Source: Ruditapes philippinarum (taxonomy: Eukaryota). From it: a DNA stretch of 64,000 bases. Below the pieces are notes generated by a model. That model was not told where the DNA came from. It ran no database searches and saw only the letters and a program-made list of their open reading frames with translations. Positions 46,087 through 59,500 of the stretch are shown here, one piece after another (within the stretch, counting starts at the first letter, position 1; every line of letters begins with the position of its first letter). The DNA is taken from positions 372,001 through 436,000 of the forward strand of contig NW_026859562.1 in assembly GCF_026571515.1 (NCBI RefSeq), given 5' to 3'. The position numbers and the translations under genes were made by a program.

Positions 46087-46197
46087 GTAAGACATTTTGC
46101 AGATGATACTTTTGTCTAGACTACCTAACTATCAGATCCAAACAAGATGCCCAAACCCTTCAAGATGACCTACATGCTTTAGAAATATGGGGAAAAT
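46087..46197 (+). mobile_element. LINE reverse-transcriptase fragment (CR1/L2-like)
   Basis: Translates VRHFADDTFV*, then after a frameshift YLTIRSKQDAQTLQDDLHALEIWGK: the FADD catalytic motif plus LQxDL..L..W. Confidence 0.75.
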
Positions 46198-46664
46198 ATA
46201 AACGATGTCTTTTATGAACAGTTTCCTGACAACGCTCCTGCTAGTCATAATCAGAATTGATTGTTTTAAAAGCAGTAACATGTAGATGCAGATAAAGACT
46301 GAATGTTTAAAGTGAAAAATAATCATTTTTCATTGACCTGCCTATAGTGTAATGTTAACATTTAGAGCGTCTTTATGCTATATTTGAATATTAACGCAAA
46401 TGACGTCTTGTTAAAATATATGCATGCACGTCCATGCAATGGCGTTGCAAAAGCAGCACGGGACTTCAGGTGTGTGATAAATATATATATTTTGCCACGT
46501 TGAGTATGTTCAAGTTTCCATTTTTGTGTATTTCATAATAGATTGGTCATTGAATTTAATTAACTTTTCAACATGATGTACAATATATGTTATTATTTTT
46601 ATGAATAATATGTTTATGTACTGTTTTTCAGACTGTGTAATTAGAGTGAGACATATGTGGCAAA

Positions 46665-49600
46665 ATGTCTTTTTACATATCACCCCCAGGCGGCAATATC
46701 TCTTTGCAGAAATTGTCACAATTTGCTGTGACAAGGTTCAACTTTCTAGTCAAGGTAACATTGAAAATGATTGATGCATACCAACATGTCAATTAATAAA
46801 TTTTGATTTGATGTTGTAAAGTCGGCATGCATTTAGTTGACTGGGATATTGAATTTGATAAAAATTAAAAATTGTTCAATGTTGACATTTAAGGCTTTCA
46901 GCTTTGGCATTATCTTTTTCTGACACAGATATTTTGATTTAGGATAATCAATTTTAATCAAGAAAATAATGCCAAAATAAGAGGAAAATTGAAAAGTACA
47001 ACACATCAACACCAGAGCTGGTTGTTTTTTTACTGGTTTCGATTATATCGAACCTTCGTCAGGAGAAAATAATATTTTGAATTAAAAACTACAAGGCAAT
47101 GTTGTCATTTCCAAGCCTAGGATAAGACAACCTTAGTCCATCAGGAATAGAACTTTTTGCATGACCCTCATTATTTCGTATAACATTCAAAAAGACTTTT
47201 GTGTACAAAAATAAACATATTTAGCTGTTTACTTAAATTTATTATAAAAAGTTATTTGATTTACAGATTTATGATACAGGAGGTGATAGGGTGCAAATAT
47301 TTGATATTTTAAATGATGAGGAACAAGTGAATGAATCAGAATGTCTGATAGAGGGGACAGTGAAGGACAGACTGTCACACTTCATACTCAGGTTAATGGA
47401 TTAAATTTAAATGTTTCTCTAGCTTTTACAAACCATATTTCATATGATATCAGAAAATGAAATGTATGAAACCATAATGGCATTTGTGTGTTGACAGTTC
47501 TAAATCTATACAGCTTCTCATTTTTGAATTCATTTCTTTATATACACTGACAGTGACAGTAGCGTAATGATGCAGTAATTTCTTGTCAATTGATACACAT
47601 GCTACCATTTTTAGCAACTGACTTTACACATTGCACAAGTCATAATTGGTTTTATATCTGGTCCAGAACCTCCTGGTTGTTATTAGTCACATGTGAAACT
47701 TAACTATCATCATGAGTATTATGTGACTATGATGTAACTATGATGTCTTATTTTATGTTATCACACAAAATAACCTTTCTAACAAGCTAGATTTAGTTTT
47801 AAATGTTTTTAGAATGGTTATTTTCACTAAACCTGAAACATTTAAAAGTGGCAATGTTTTATAGTTATATCCAATCATGTTTAGAAGTAAATACCAATAC
47901 ATTAATAATTTTCAACATGAGGTGAGATATATGCAAGGATATTAAATGTAAATTTGCTGATACCTACCTTTACTGGTTTCAGCTAATTCATATTATGTTA
48001 TGTACACATGTATATAGGTGATACTTATACTTTATTACCAATTTTTCTTCCAGACTAGCCTGTTGCTATGACAGAGATATGGCTGAATTTTTGGTGAAAG
48101 CAGAAACATTATTATTTGACTTCCGGTTCAATTGTATGACCGAAGATGAGCTTTGTAACCTATTTAAATCAGTAGACTATCCAAGACATGGTAGCAGAGC
48201 CTGTGATTTACCGTCATATGTAACACAGTTTTTGAAAACAATGTCTTTGATTAAAGGAGATAATAAAAAATGGAGGACTGTAGTCAAAAAGTACTTGAAG
48301 GGGGATATGGATTGTTTTATGCTACCATTTTTGACTGTGTTACAATTTGTTGCAACAAGACAGGTTGTGTTGAAGCATGGAATTGCTCATGTACCAGTCT
48401 GTAAACTAAGGGAAACTGTAACCAGTCTATTTGAAGAGCTCATACAGAAAGGTGTGAAACATGCAGCTAAAGTTTTTAAAACAGAAGATAAAAGGATAAA
48501 AATTCTTCTTAAAACAATAAAGGTTTGTAGAAAATGTTTCTCATTTAATCAAATGCAAAAATATGAAACAAAAATTTAACATCATGATTAATACTTTAAT
48601 GTTTGTCAGTAACATATTGTGGGGAGTCTTACTAGTAACAATTGGCAAGGTCACAAACACAGTGTAATACTAAATCAAGAGTTACATGTACAATCTTTAT
48701 ACATGTATACATGTAGCTTAATTCACATTATGCATTGAGTTTATAGGACATTTTCAAGTTATCAATTAATCAATTATATAAGTAAAATAATTATGTAATA
48801 CCAATTTATCAAGCTTATTGTGTTATGAAATGCCCATTAAAAAAACTATTTACTTTTTTAAATTAATTTCCTTGGGCAATGTTGTTATTTATCCTTCGTG
48901 CGGAGTAAATTATAAACTTGAAAAGATTTTTGGCGAAATATAAACTTTTTTCATTTTTACCTGTTCAGTATTATACATCTGTAAGAAATTTTAAATTTTG
49001 GTTATATTTTCACATATTTGTATTGTTATTTGTAGGTTATGTTTTACAAACATTACAAGGATAAATATCCAGGAAACCAGCACCATTATGATCTGTGTCA
49101 CACAGAAGTAGACAATGTCTCTGAGATGTTCCCTCCATGTATGTCACATCTTCATAGGTCTCTGAGAATGTCACACAGGCTGAAACATCATTCCAGGGTT
49201 TTTAATCTTATACTGTCTATCTATTACGTAATATGTGTATGTAAGATCAGTCTTGCTGTTAGTTAATTTATTCACATCAAGTTAATTAATTCCTTCACAT
49301 CCAGTGGTCTTGTATGTTTTATATTTAACTTAATTTATTTATCTATACACCTCCAGTATAGCTAGTTACTCAAATACTTAATAGCAATTAACATGAAACT
49401 TTGTATGTATAAATCTTGGTAAGTTGTACCCGTCACACCCATTTTTGGCTCTAAAGGTCAAGGTCACTGTTTTACTTCCAATAAGAAAACATAAAATTGG
49501 CCTTTTAAATCAAATGACTTTGAGCTTCAGTATTAATTTTCAAAAAATTGTGTGTGGACACACCTTGAAGTGTTCTACCTGCCACACTTTTTCCCGGGTC

Positions 49601-52600
49601 AAAAAATCAAAGGTCAAGGGCCTTCAATAAGAAAGCATTAAACTTGACATAAAATCAAAGTGCATTGAACTAGGTTCTTTATACTTTGTAAATGGATGAA
49701 CTTTTATGAGTTCTACCTGTTCAATCCATTACATGTAAGCGTGGGTTCGATCCCCGGGAGATGCTTTGGTAGTTTAGCGCGGAGGAAGGTAGTCTAGTAC
49801 TGGTGTAACTCTCCGGGAATGATGGTTAGGAAACTTTGTAACCCACCTATATGACTGAAATGCTGTTGGGAAAAGGCGTAAAATGAAACAAACAAACAAA
49901 CAGATTAAGTGTTAAGAGGTCATTGTGACCCTTTATGCAATCTCTTTATTTCAAAATAAATAGTAGTTAAATATACAGGACAGAGAAAAGTGGAGGACAC
50001 TGCTCCTTGAACAGTTGTGTTAAGTAGTGGCCCTTAACAGACAGTTGTTTACAGTATTCTTGCATTCTTGTCATTTTCCAGATAAGGGTAACACTTTATG
50101 CCATAATACATGTAATTTATTCCAGATCCAATACTCACTGTTTCTTAAGGAGATTGGGTTACCTATTCATGAAGCTTTAATGTTTTGGAGGAAGGAATAC
50201 ATGCAGTCTCCTAACAAACAAGATGGCTGCCAACATTTATGGTCAAAAGATGAAGGTAGATATACATACAACATCAGACACCTGTATGGTTTAGAAGGTT
50301 CAAGAATCAATTACAGGGGGCACTCTTGTGCTGCTTTACAAGTAAGTTTCTGTGTGAAATGTTAGAAAGTAATATTATTGCTATAGTATTAGTACATTCT
50401 TGTTGCTATAGTTTGGTTGTAAAACATTTTCCCCTCTAAATATGTTTATTGTTAAACCATTAGAAATTCTCTTTATCTGTAACAAAGTGACAAGGTGAGC
50501 TTTTGTGATTACCATTCGTCCGGCCGTAAACTTTTACTTTAAATAACATCTCCTCGTAAACCGCTTAGCCAATTTCATCCAAACGTCACAGGAATGTCCC
50601 TTTGATGGTCACCTTTAAAAATTGTTCAAAGAAATTAATTCCAAGCAGATCTCTGTTGCCATGGCAACCAAAAGAAAAAAACTTGAAAAATCTTGTTTAA
50701 AAAAAAACCCAAAGAGCTAAGATATTTGGCATGAAACATCTTCTATTGAGTGTCTACTAAGTGTTAAAAAAAAAAAGCCCTTGGTTCAAAATTGGCCCCA
50801 CCCCAGGGGATAATTGATTTTCCTTATATATATATAGGTAAAACTTAAAAAACTCCTTTCAAAAATCCAGAGCTTAGATATTAAGTATGATAGTGAGTGT
50901 CTACCAAGTTTGCTCAAATAAAAGCCCAGGGGTCAAAATTGGCCCCGCCCTGGGAGTCATTAATTTTCCTTATATGTATATAGTAAAAAATTTGAAAATC
51001 ATCTTTTAAAAAACTCAAATAGCTATAGTTTAGATATTAAACATGAAACATCTTGTAGTTGGTGTCTACAAAGTTTGCTCAAATAAAAGCCCTGGGGTCA
51101 TTGATTTTCCTTATATATATAATACCTTTAAAAAAAATCCAAAGAGCTAGAGCTTAGATATTAAGAATGAAAAATCTTCTAATGAGTGTCTACCAAGTTT
51201 CTTTTAATTAAAGCTCTTGTGTCAAAATTGCCATCGTCCCATGCAGTCATCGATTTTCCTTATATGTATATTATAGTAAAAACTTAAAAAATATTCTTTA
51301 AAAAACAGAAAGAGCTAGCGCTTAGGTATTAGCATGAAACATCTTGTGAGTGTCTACTAAGTTTGTTCAAATAAAAGTCTTGGGGTCAAAATTGGCCCTG
51401 CCCTGTGGGGTCATTGATTTTTATGCCCCCGCCATGTAATGGCCGGGGCATATAGTGTTACCCTGTTCCGTCATTCTGTCATTCCGTAATCATCAGTTTC
51501 CGTTCATTATCTTAGTAATGGTTGCACACATTCAACTCAAATTTGACATATGGATAATTATGTCATAAAAAAATACAGGTCAAGTTCGAATTTGGTCATG
51601 GTTCGATGATATTTGGCAGAGTTATGCCCCTTTTACTTTGAAAATAATATGAAATTTTCAGTTTCCGTTCATTATCTCCCCAACGGTACAACACATTCAA
51701 CTCAAACTTGACATATGTATATGCATGAGAAAATACAGGTCAAGTTCGAATTTGGTCATGGTTTGATGATTTTTGGCAGAGTTATGGCCCTTTTACTTTA
51801 AAAATAATATGAAATTTTCAGTTTCCGTTCATTATCTCCCCTACGGTACAACACACTCAACTCAAACTTGACATATGGATATGTCATGAGAAAATACAGG
51901 TCAAGTTCGAATTTGGTCATGGTTCGATGATCTTTGGCAGAGTTATGCCCCTTTTACTTTAAAATAATATGAAATTTTCAGTTTCTGTTTATTATCTCTC
52001 CAACGGTACAACACATTCAACTCAAATTTGACATATGGATATGTTTTTGGAATACCCAGGGCAAGTTCGAATTTGGTCATGGTTCAATGATTTTTGGCAG
52101 AGTAATGCCCCTTTCACTTTAAAATAATATGAAATTTACAGTTTCTGTTCATTATCTACCCAACAGTGTTACATATTCAACTCAAATTTTACATATGGAT
52201 ATGTTAAAGGAATGGGCAGGTCAAGTTGGAATTTGGTCATGGTTCGATGATTTTTTGGCAGAGTTATGACCATTCCCCTTTGAAAATAATATAGATACAT
52301 CTTAGGAATAAGCAGTTTAAGTTTGAATTTGGTCGTGGTTCACTGATTTTGGACAAACTTATCTTTCCTGAATGTTGGAAAAATTTTGAACTTTCAGTTT
52401 CAGCACTCATACTTTTGTGGAAATGTATGTAGCCATTATTTTGGCTACAAATATGCAATATGCTATTTTCAAAAGGTTAAGACTGAATAATTTCAGTGCC
52501 TTGAACATTGTATGAAAATGGTTTGTGTTAACTTTGAAAAGTTTTAAGGGCTTTGAACTTAAAATGAAAAAAATAATTTGTGCAAACATATTGGGAACTA

Positions 52601-54366
52601 AATATTATAACATCTGAAATTTTGGCTGCATGCGGGGGCGTCCGTGGCATAATGACACATTTCTAGTGTGCACATCTTTTGGAACTGTTGTTTTCCCTAA
52701 GCAATAGCAACCAGTTATTATTTAACACATGCACTATTTCAGAAACAAATAAGAACTTTGTGATATCAGTTAAAGAATAAGATTTTATAAATAAGATTTT
52801 TTATCAGCTTTTATTTATAGTTTACAATATTACTTGTTCTTTGTCGTAGAGAGTTTCTATATTCAGGTGAGCGATTTCAGGGCCATCATGGCCCTCTTGT
52901 TTTTTTGTGTTTGTTTTTGTTTTTTTTGTTTTTATGAGCAGTCAATATGTGGTCATGTATTTAATGTTTTGATAGATATGTAGTATTATAAACAGCAGAT
53001 TCATCTACATTGTATAATCTTTGTTACCGTGACTTCGAAAATGTTGTAATATGGTAAGATTTTATTTTATTCTGAGTATTTAAGATCTTATACAGTGTGC
53101 CAGAAATATTTGTTGATATCATTCACACCAAAATATACATTGAATGTAAGTTAATCTATTCAAGGAGAATTACCATGGTCCCCATGAGAATAGTGGATGC
53201 CCATTCAGCCATTTTGATTCTTCTCATATGTTGGACTTATTATACATGAATGGAATATCATCTGCTTCATCTACAGAAAAAATACTGAAGCTTTCTGAAG
53301 AGAAACAATATTCACAAGCTTGCACTCTATACTTTATGCTAAAAATACAGGTTTGATTTTAAAGTTATAATATTATCCCGTATGTTTGCCATGTGTTCAA
53401 AGTCATAAGTAGGTCTTTTAAATAGAACTAAGAAGAGGTATATTATGAGTAAAAAGTATTCAAAATAAAAAAAAATCAGTTATCTTGTACTACTTACTCA
53501 TGTGAAGAAATTAGCAGTTCTTTACAGATAGAACTTGTACATAATTTGATTTCATTATTTAGTAACTGCCAACCTGTAATTTCTAACAAGCAAGGAAAAC
53601 AAATAGGAACAAGTCTGAATTTCACTGGTTTAGGTATACATAAAGAATTTTGATCATTCACAATGTGTACAGAATGTTTACCTCTTCTTTTGTTGCAATA
53701 TCTTTCTATAAAATGTCATTGTAATTTTTTAATTTGTAGTTTTTTTTAATGTGGATATTTTTATTGTAGAAGAAAGAATATGAGACTGGATTGCTGAAGA
53801 AGATTAATCACAAATACTGTGACAAATGTGAAAGTCCTGAGTCTAAGGCTGAACTTGTCACAGTCCTGGGGAATTCACACCAGGACAATGTTATTAACAA
53901 CAATGACATAGTTGGAACATGTACTCCTTGTGACACTGAATGCAACCATCCAGACACTTCAAGCTGTATTTCCCATGATAGAATTCAGTTCAATCAGAAA
54001 AAGTGTTTATGTGACAGTAGTAGACAAACTAGTGAAGATGATGTGATCCCAACAACAAAATCATATAATCATGGTTTTGTAATCAAGCACAAAAGCATTC
54101 ACAAAAGAAATGGTAAAACTTGTTCCTGTCAAAGTGTTGTATCGGACAAATTAGTGAAAGATACAGCTTCAGACAGTGATCTTTCAAACTGTGATTGCTT
54201 TGATGTTGAGAACATAGCAAATACTAAGTTAAGTGAAACAAAGTTTGATGGTAAGAAAGAAATGATGGATTGTCATGAACATAGTGGAGACAATATGAAA
54301 GTAGTGTTGAAACCTGCTGAATATTATAGCAAGTTTAAATTAATCTTAAATGAATTAAAACTATGA
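46665..54366 (+). CDS. DNA primase large subunit-like protein (divergent PRIM2/PriL family member, ~614 aa)
   Basis: Exons: 46665-46754, 47267-47391, 48054-48522, 49036-49197, 50126-50341, 53165-53350, 53770-54366; 1845 nt, open, phases 0,2,0,0,0,0. Motifs FYISPPGGNISL, DRLSHFILRLACC, FPPCM, LKHHSRIQYSLFLKEIG, YTYNIRHLYGLEG, SC, GCPF and YSQAC, so all four Fe-S cysteines are present. AATAAA at 54369. Confidence 0.88.
49739..49901 (+). mobile_element. 5'-truncated tRNA-derived SINE, family 1
   Basis: B box ggttcgatccc; body matches the other two copies; (aaac)n tail. Confidence 0.85.
50485..52900 (-). mobile_element. HINE-like element with ~150-bp repeats, interrupted by a second HINE-like element (51419-52667) with 160-bp repeats
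   Basis: Outer ends ggtgagctttt..cgtccggccgt and caggtgagcgatttcagggccatcatggccctcttgtt. Inner period is 160 (gtttccgttcattatct at 51661, 51821, 51981, 52141). Confidence 0.75.
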
Positions 54367-55171
54367 AGAATAAAGTATTTATTTGTTAAGCTGATACTAG
54401 TATTTTGTTACGATATGTAGTCACAACAGATTAAATATTTAAAGGAAGCTGTGTGTCTGTCAAATATTTGGATATGAATATGAAAAATTATGTGGCTTCA
54501 TTTGGATATGAATATGTGGCTTCATACATTTCTACTTGCCAATCCAGCAACTTGCCACATAGGAATTCAAGGAAATGAAAAAAATACAATGAAGATGCTT
54601 TAGCAAAAGAATCATAAAATTCTAAAATAGTTACCAAGTAATGAAATTTAACCTTTCATTTGTAAATTGATGTCATCTAAATGAAAAAAAAGGACAAAAG
54701 TGTTTACTAACAAACTTCATTATATCAGCACCTGTCTTGACATAAAACTATCTCTTCTAAACCATTAATTATGTACAGGAAATAAATTTGTATTCTATTA
54801 TTTATTTCTAATATTTAACTAACTTGTGACATTTGTACTTGATAATTATAGCATTTGGCGTGGCATTAATGTGTCAATGTGCCTTTTATTCTAAACAAAC
54901 AACAAACAAATAAATTTGGATAAAAAGTTGATGATGAATATTGGACAGTTTTGATCTCACCATTAAATAGCTATTTGTGCACATGTGAGTTGAGCGGATA
55001 TTTTGGAAAATGTCTACCTAAACTCTTGGTCTGTAAACTACATTTTAATTTGTGTAGAATCATTAGGCTAGAAAATCTTTAACAAGAGGACAATTATATC
55101 GGCCTTTTATCACAGTAACGGACAATTTATATCAATAATTATACATGTAAATGAAAATTGGGTATTACCGG

Positions 55172-56090
55172 GTATGTCAAAACCTAGGTCAACTGATAAT
55201 CAAACTTCAAGTCTGCATCTGATATATTAAAATTCACTGGTTATGAATGGTAGCTATATTAACGGCAATAGTTGCTATAAAAAGTCAATTGTTGGTATAC
55301 AAGATACAAGAAACTTTATTTTAAGTTGGTTTACATATTACAATGAACATTAGCTAATAAGCTATTTACCGACAATAACAAAGGCATAAAACATATTTAC
55401 TAACATATAACAGTTCTGAAAATAAAAACATATAAAACTATGTAAGTCAGTGGTTGCTAAGGGAAGTCAAGGATTGCTTTGAAAGTCACTGACTGCTGAA
55501 GAAAGTCAGTGGTTGCTATGGAAGCCACTGGTTGTAAAGAAATGTCAGTGGTTGTTATAGAAGTTACTGATTGCTAAGGAAAGTCAGTGGTTGCAAATGG
55601 AAATCAAATGGTTGTTGTGAAAGTCACTGAAATTAAAAAAAATTAAGAGATGTCTGTGATTGCTGTGGTAGCATGAATGTTAATTTTTGCTGAGAAAAAT
55701 TGATTATTGCTATGAAAGTTTATAGTTGCTACACAAAATCAGTTGTTGCTATGGAAGTTAATTACTAATTGTTGAGGAGAGTGAATGGTTGCTATAGAAG
55801 TGCCTGGTTGCTCTGCGAAGTAAATAGTTGTTATAAAAGTCAGTGGCTGCTAAGGGAAGAAAATGGATGCTGTGGAAGTTACTTGTTGCTTTGGATATCA
55901 CTAGTTGCTAAGGGAAGTCAATGGTTGCTATGGAAGTCACTAGTTGCTATGGAAAAACAAATTTGCCTTGAAAGTCACTGGTTGATCTGGAAAGTCAACA
56001 ATCAATGGCTGCTACAGAAAGCCAATAGTTGTTTTGGGACTTGTTGGTTGCTAAGGAAAGCAATGGTTGCTATGACATTAAGTGGTTGCT
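55172..56090 (+). repeat. Degenerate 19-bp minisatellite element (gtcagtggttgctatggaa); inverted relative of 61350-63355; contains a LINE tail at ~55298-55440
   Basis: Unique flank gtcaaaacctaggtcaactga..tctgcatctga matches the reverse complement of 63305-63355. Confidence 0.75.
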
Positions 56091-56542
56091 TAATCAGTTT
56101 TAACCCCAGGGCTATTATTTGCTAAAACTTAATTAAATAGCATTCTACTTAAAATCTTTCATGCCAAATATCTATATAAAAATCTATATTTTGCTTTAGA
56201 GAACGGGAGTTTTTAAGTTTTTTGTTCATTTATTGAAGGAAAACCCATATGCTATGAAATGAATAAACTTTAAGAGGTCCACTAAAATGTTTCAGACCTG
56301 TTGGTTCTTTCTGAGGTTCATAATTGACCTCCATGTTATTTTCACGAAAACAACTTATTTTCAGTATCCCCGTAGGCTATTTGATAAATCATTTAAAACT
56401 CGATATATGTGGCAAAACCGGTCAACGCTTTGAAGGTGCCAAAATAGCACGCACAGGCACAGTATTTAGTAGTATTTATTTTGTTGATAAATAGTGGCTT
56501 ATAACCTAATTGGTTTAAATTTGATTACCTCCCTTGTGTTTT

Positions 56543-56556
56543 GTTACCTTGGCGAT
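56543..56556. promoter_or_regulatory. RFX X-box candidate
   Basis: gttaccttggcgat reads ATCGCC-AA-GGTAAC on the minus strand, one mismatch to GTNRCC(N0-3)RGYAAC, 13 nt upstream of the ATG of a ciliary gene. Confidence 0.55.
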
Positions 56557-56569
56557 CTCGAGAAGCAAA

Positions 56570-59500
56570 ATGGCTGCTGATCCGGAGAATGAAAAGTTTT
56601 ACCTTGAACGTATCCTTTTATACATTATAACCTATGCGATTATTTTTATTTTTATATTTGATTTTGAAAGTGTGGACTTACTTGAAAAAATGCGAACAAT
56701 CTTTCTCGAAATTATTTTTTGTTCAATTCTTTTACAATGTCACATATTTTCGCGACGTATTGTTTTTTTTCAAAATCCTTTCCCTGTATTGTTATACTGA
56801 ATCTGTACGCATAAAAAATTAGCAAATACTACATCGGCAAACATGTTATCGTGAATAAATCAAATTATCTCTTATCGCGTGAACAGGTCAACCAAAAAGC
56901 AAACAAAACCCTTTGTTTCATATTCCATGATCAGATAATGTAAAACTGAGAACCGGGTCACTGAATTTACTGAACACTACTTTTTGTTAGCAAAATACAA
57001 AACTTACTTGTTGTTAAATTGTTATTAAAATTATATTGAACTCTTAAATGCAATAACATTTATTCAATTTATACATTTTCCCATATCATTATTCAACTTT
57101 TCTAATCTCTTTTCTATAAGATTCGCCATCGTCTAGTTGCTCACACCTCTCCAGAACATCACGCCATGGCCATCCCTTGTATTATAGGTTATTCACAGTA
57201 ACTTCAGACTGTCATATATTCTCCTTTCCTATGACGGTATACCACTGGAACCACCTACCCATAGTCCAACTAATTAGACTTGTCAAAGAGACATCAAGAT
57301 AATTTTGAACAGGCTACACCTACCACCTGCAGTTGCCCTACTCCCTACCCAAGGGCAGTTCTGTGCAGCCATAGCTTGCATTTAACATGTCTCGCCCTAG
57401 TTTTCCAGCACCCTAGTGTTTTTAACGTTTTTAATATTCTTCTTTTAATTTATCCTGTTTTCAAACAGCTCTTTAACTTTCTAGAGATTTTGACACGCAG
57501 ATATTTCTATGTCCCCACAAGGGGTTTGACATTAATGGAAGATAGATACTGTAGAACCAATTAAAACAATCTGGTAACCAGAGTACATTGACACTTATTC
57601 TACAGAAAAACATTGAAATTAAGTATCATTTATGTCTTTGATTAAAATTTTTACCATGAACACTATTCAATAACATGTACAAAGCTACAGAACCTATCAG
57701 CATCTGTTGGTTTTTTGGGGAGTTTTGCATCGCGAAAACTGCGCACACTACATCTTTCTAGACAATAATTTTTTCAATATTATTTTTTGATGGGTAAAAT
57801 ATTCTGGTAGATAGTACTACCAGAATATTTCTTAATAATTTATAACAAAAGAAAATTATTTATTTGTCTCCAAATGATGTTTACAACCATTCACTGGTAT
57901 GTCACTCTTAAAATCAGCAGTTTGAGATTCTCATTGAATGGAGCCCTATCCAGGTTATGTTGTTGGGGTTATTATTATATCAGATACAATTTGTAGTACC
58001 AGTGACTCTTGATAACCCCAACAGTTTCTTGTCTTGTATTTCCATAGTTGAAGTGTTCGTTTATTTGTTTTCATGAAATATAAACCTTGTTGTGTGTTTC
58101 TCTCATATTAGTAATAGTAATTGTAGTTATGATATATAATATGAAATTAGGCAAAGCCTATGAATGGGGAAGTCATTCATTTTTAGCTCACCTGAGCTTG
58201 CTCAGGGTGAGCTTTTAGGATCGATGAATGTCCGTCGTCCGTCCGGCCGTCCACAATTGCTTGTGAACACTCTAGCGGTCGCATTTTTGCCTCAATCATC
58301 ATCAAACTTGGTCAGGATGCTTATCTAGTTGAAAGCTCGGATGAGTTCGAACATGGGTCATCTCAGATGAAAAACTAGGTCACAAGAGCTAAAAATAGAA
58401 AAACCTTGTGAACACTCTAGAGGTCACATTTTTGACCCAATCTTCATCAAACTTGGTCAGGATGTTTGTCTAGGTGATAGCTCGGATGAGTTCGAATATG
58501 GGTCATCTCGGATGAAAAAGTAGGTCACAGGAGCTATAAATAGAAAAACCTTGTGAACACTCTAGTGGTCACATTTTTGAACCAATCATCATCAAACTTG
58601 GTCAGAATGCTTGTCTAGTCAATTGCTTTGGATGAGTTCGAACATGGGTCATCTCTGATGAAAAACTAGGTCACAGGAGCTAAAATAGAAAAACCTTGTG
58701 ACCACTCTAGTGGTCACATTTTTGACCCAATCATCATCAAACTTTGTCAGGATGCTTGTTTAGATAATAGCTCGGATGAGTTCGAATATGGGTCATCTCG
58801 GATGAAAAACTAGGTCACCGGAGCTATAAATAGAAAAACCTTGTTAACACTCTAGCGGTCACATTTTTGCATCAATCATCATCAAACTTGGTCAGGATGC
58901 TTATCTAGTTGATAGCTTGGATGAGTTCGAACATGGGTCATCTCGGATGAAAAAGTAGGTCACCGGAGCTAAAAATAGAAAAACCTTGTTAACACTTTAG
59001 CGGTCACATTTTTGCATCAATCATCATCAAACTTGATCAAGATGCTTGTCTAGGTAATAACTCGGATGAGTTCGAACATGGGTCATCTCGGATGAAAAAC
59101 TAGGTCACAGGAGCTAAAAATAGAAAAACCTTGTTAACACTCTAGTGGTCACAATTTTGACTCAATTGTCATCAAACTTGGTCAGGAAACTTGTCTAGGT
59201 CATTGCTGGGAAGAAATCGAACATGGGACATCTCGGATGAAAAACTAGGTCACAGGAGCTAAAAAATAGAAAAATCTTGTTAACACTCTAGTGGCTACTG
59301 TTGTGATCCAAATATTCTGTTAATTGGTCTGAAAGTTTGTTTTGATGATTTCTAAGTCAAGATCGAACATGGGTCATCTTGGATGAAAAACTAGGTCACA
59401 CCGCCCAAATATGGAAAAACCTTGTTAACATTCTAGTGGTCACATTTTCGACTCCATTATCATCAAACTTGGTCAGAATGCTTGTCTAGGTAATTGCTTG

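Noticed and set aside
46665-54366. Assigning the symbol PRIM2
   Set aside because: Family membership is clear, but signature motifs deviate from canonical orthologs and orthology cannot be shown without a phylogeny.
55769-56125. 118-aa ORF with repeated WLL motifs (also 61310-61498)
   Set aside because: It is a translation of the 19-bp minisatellite.
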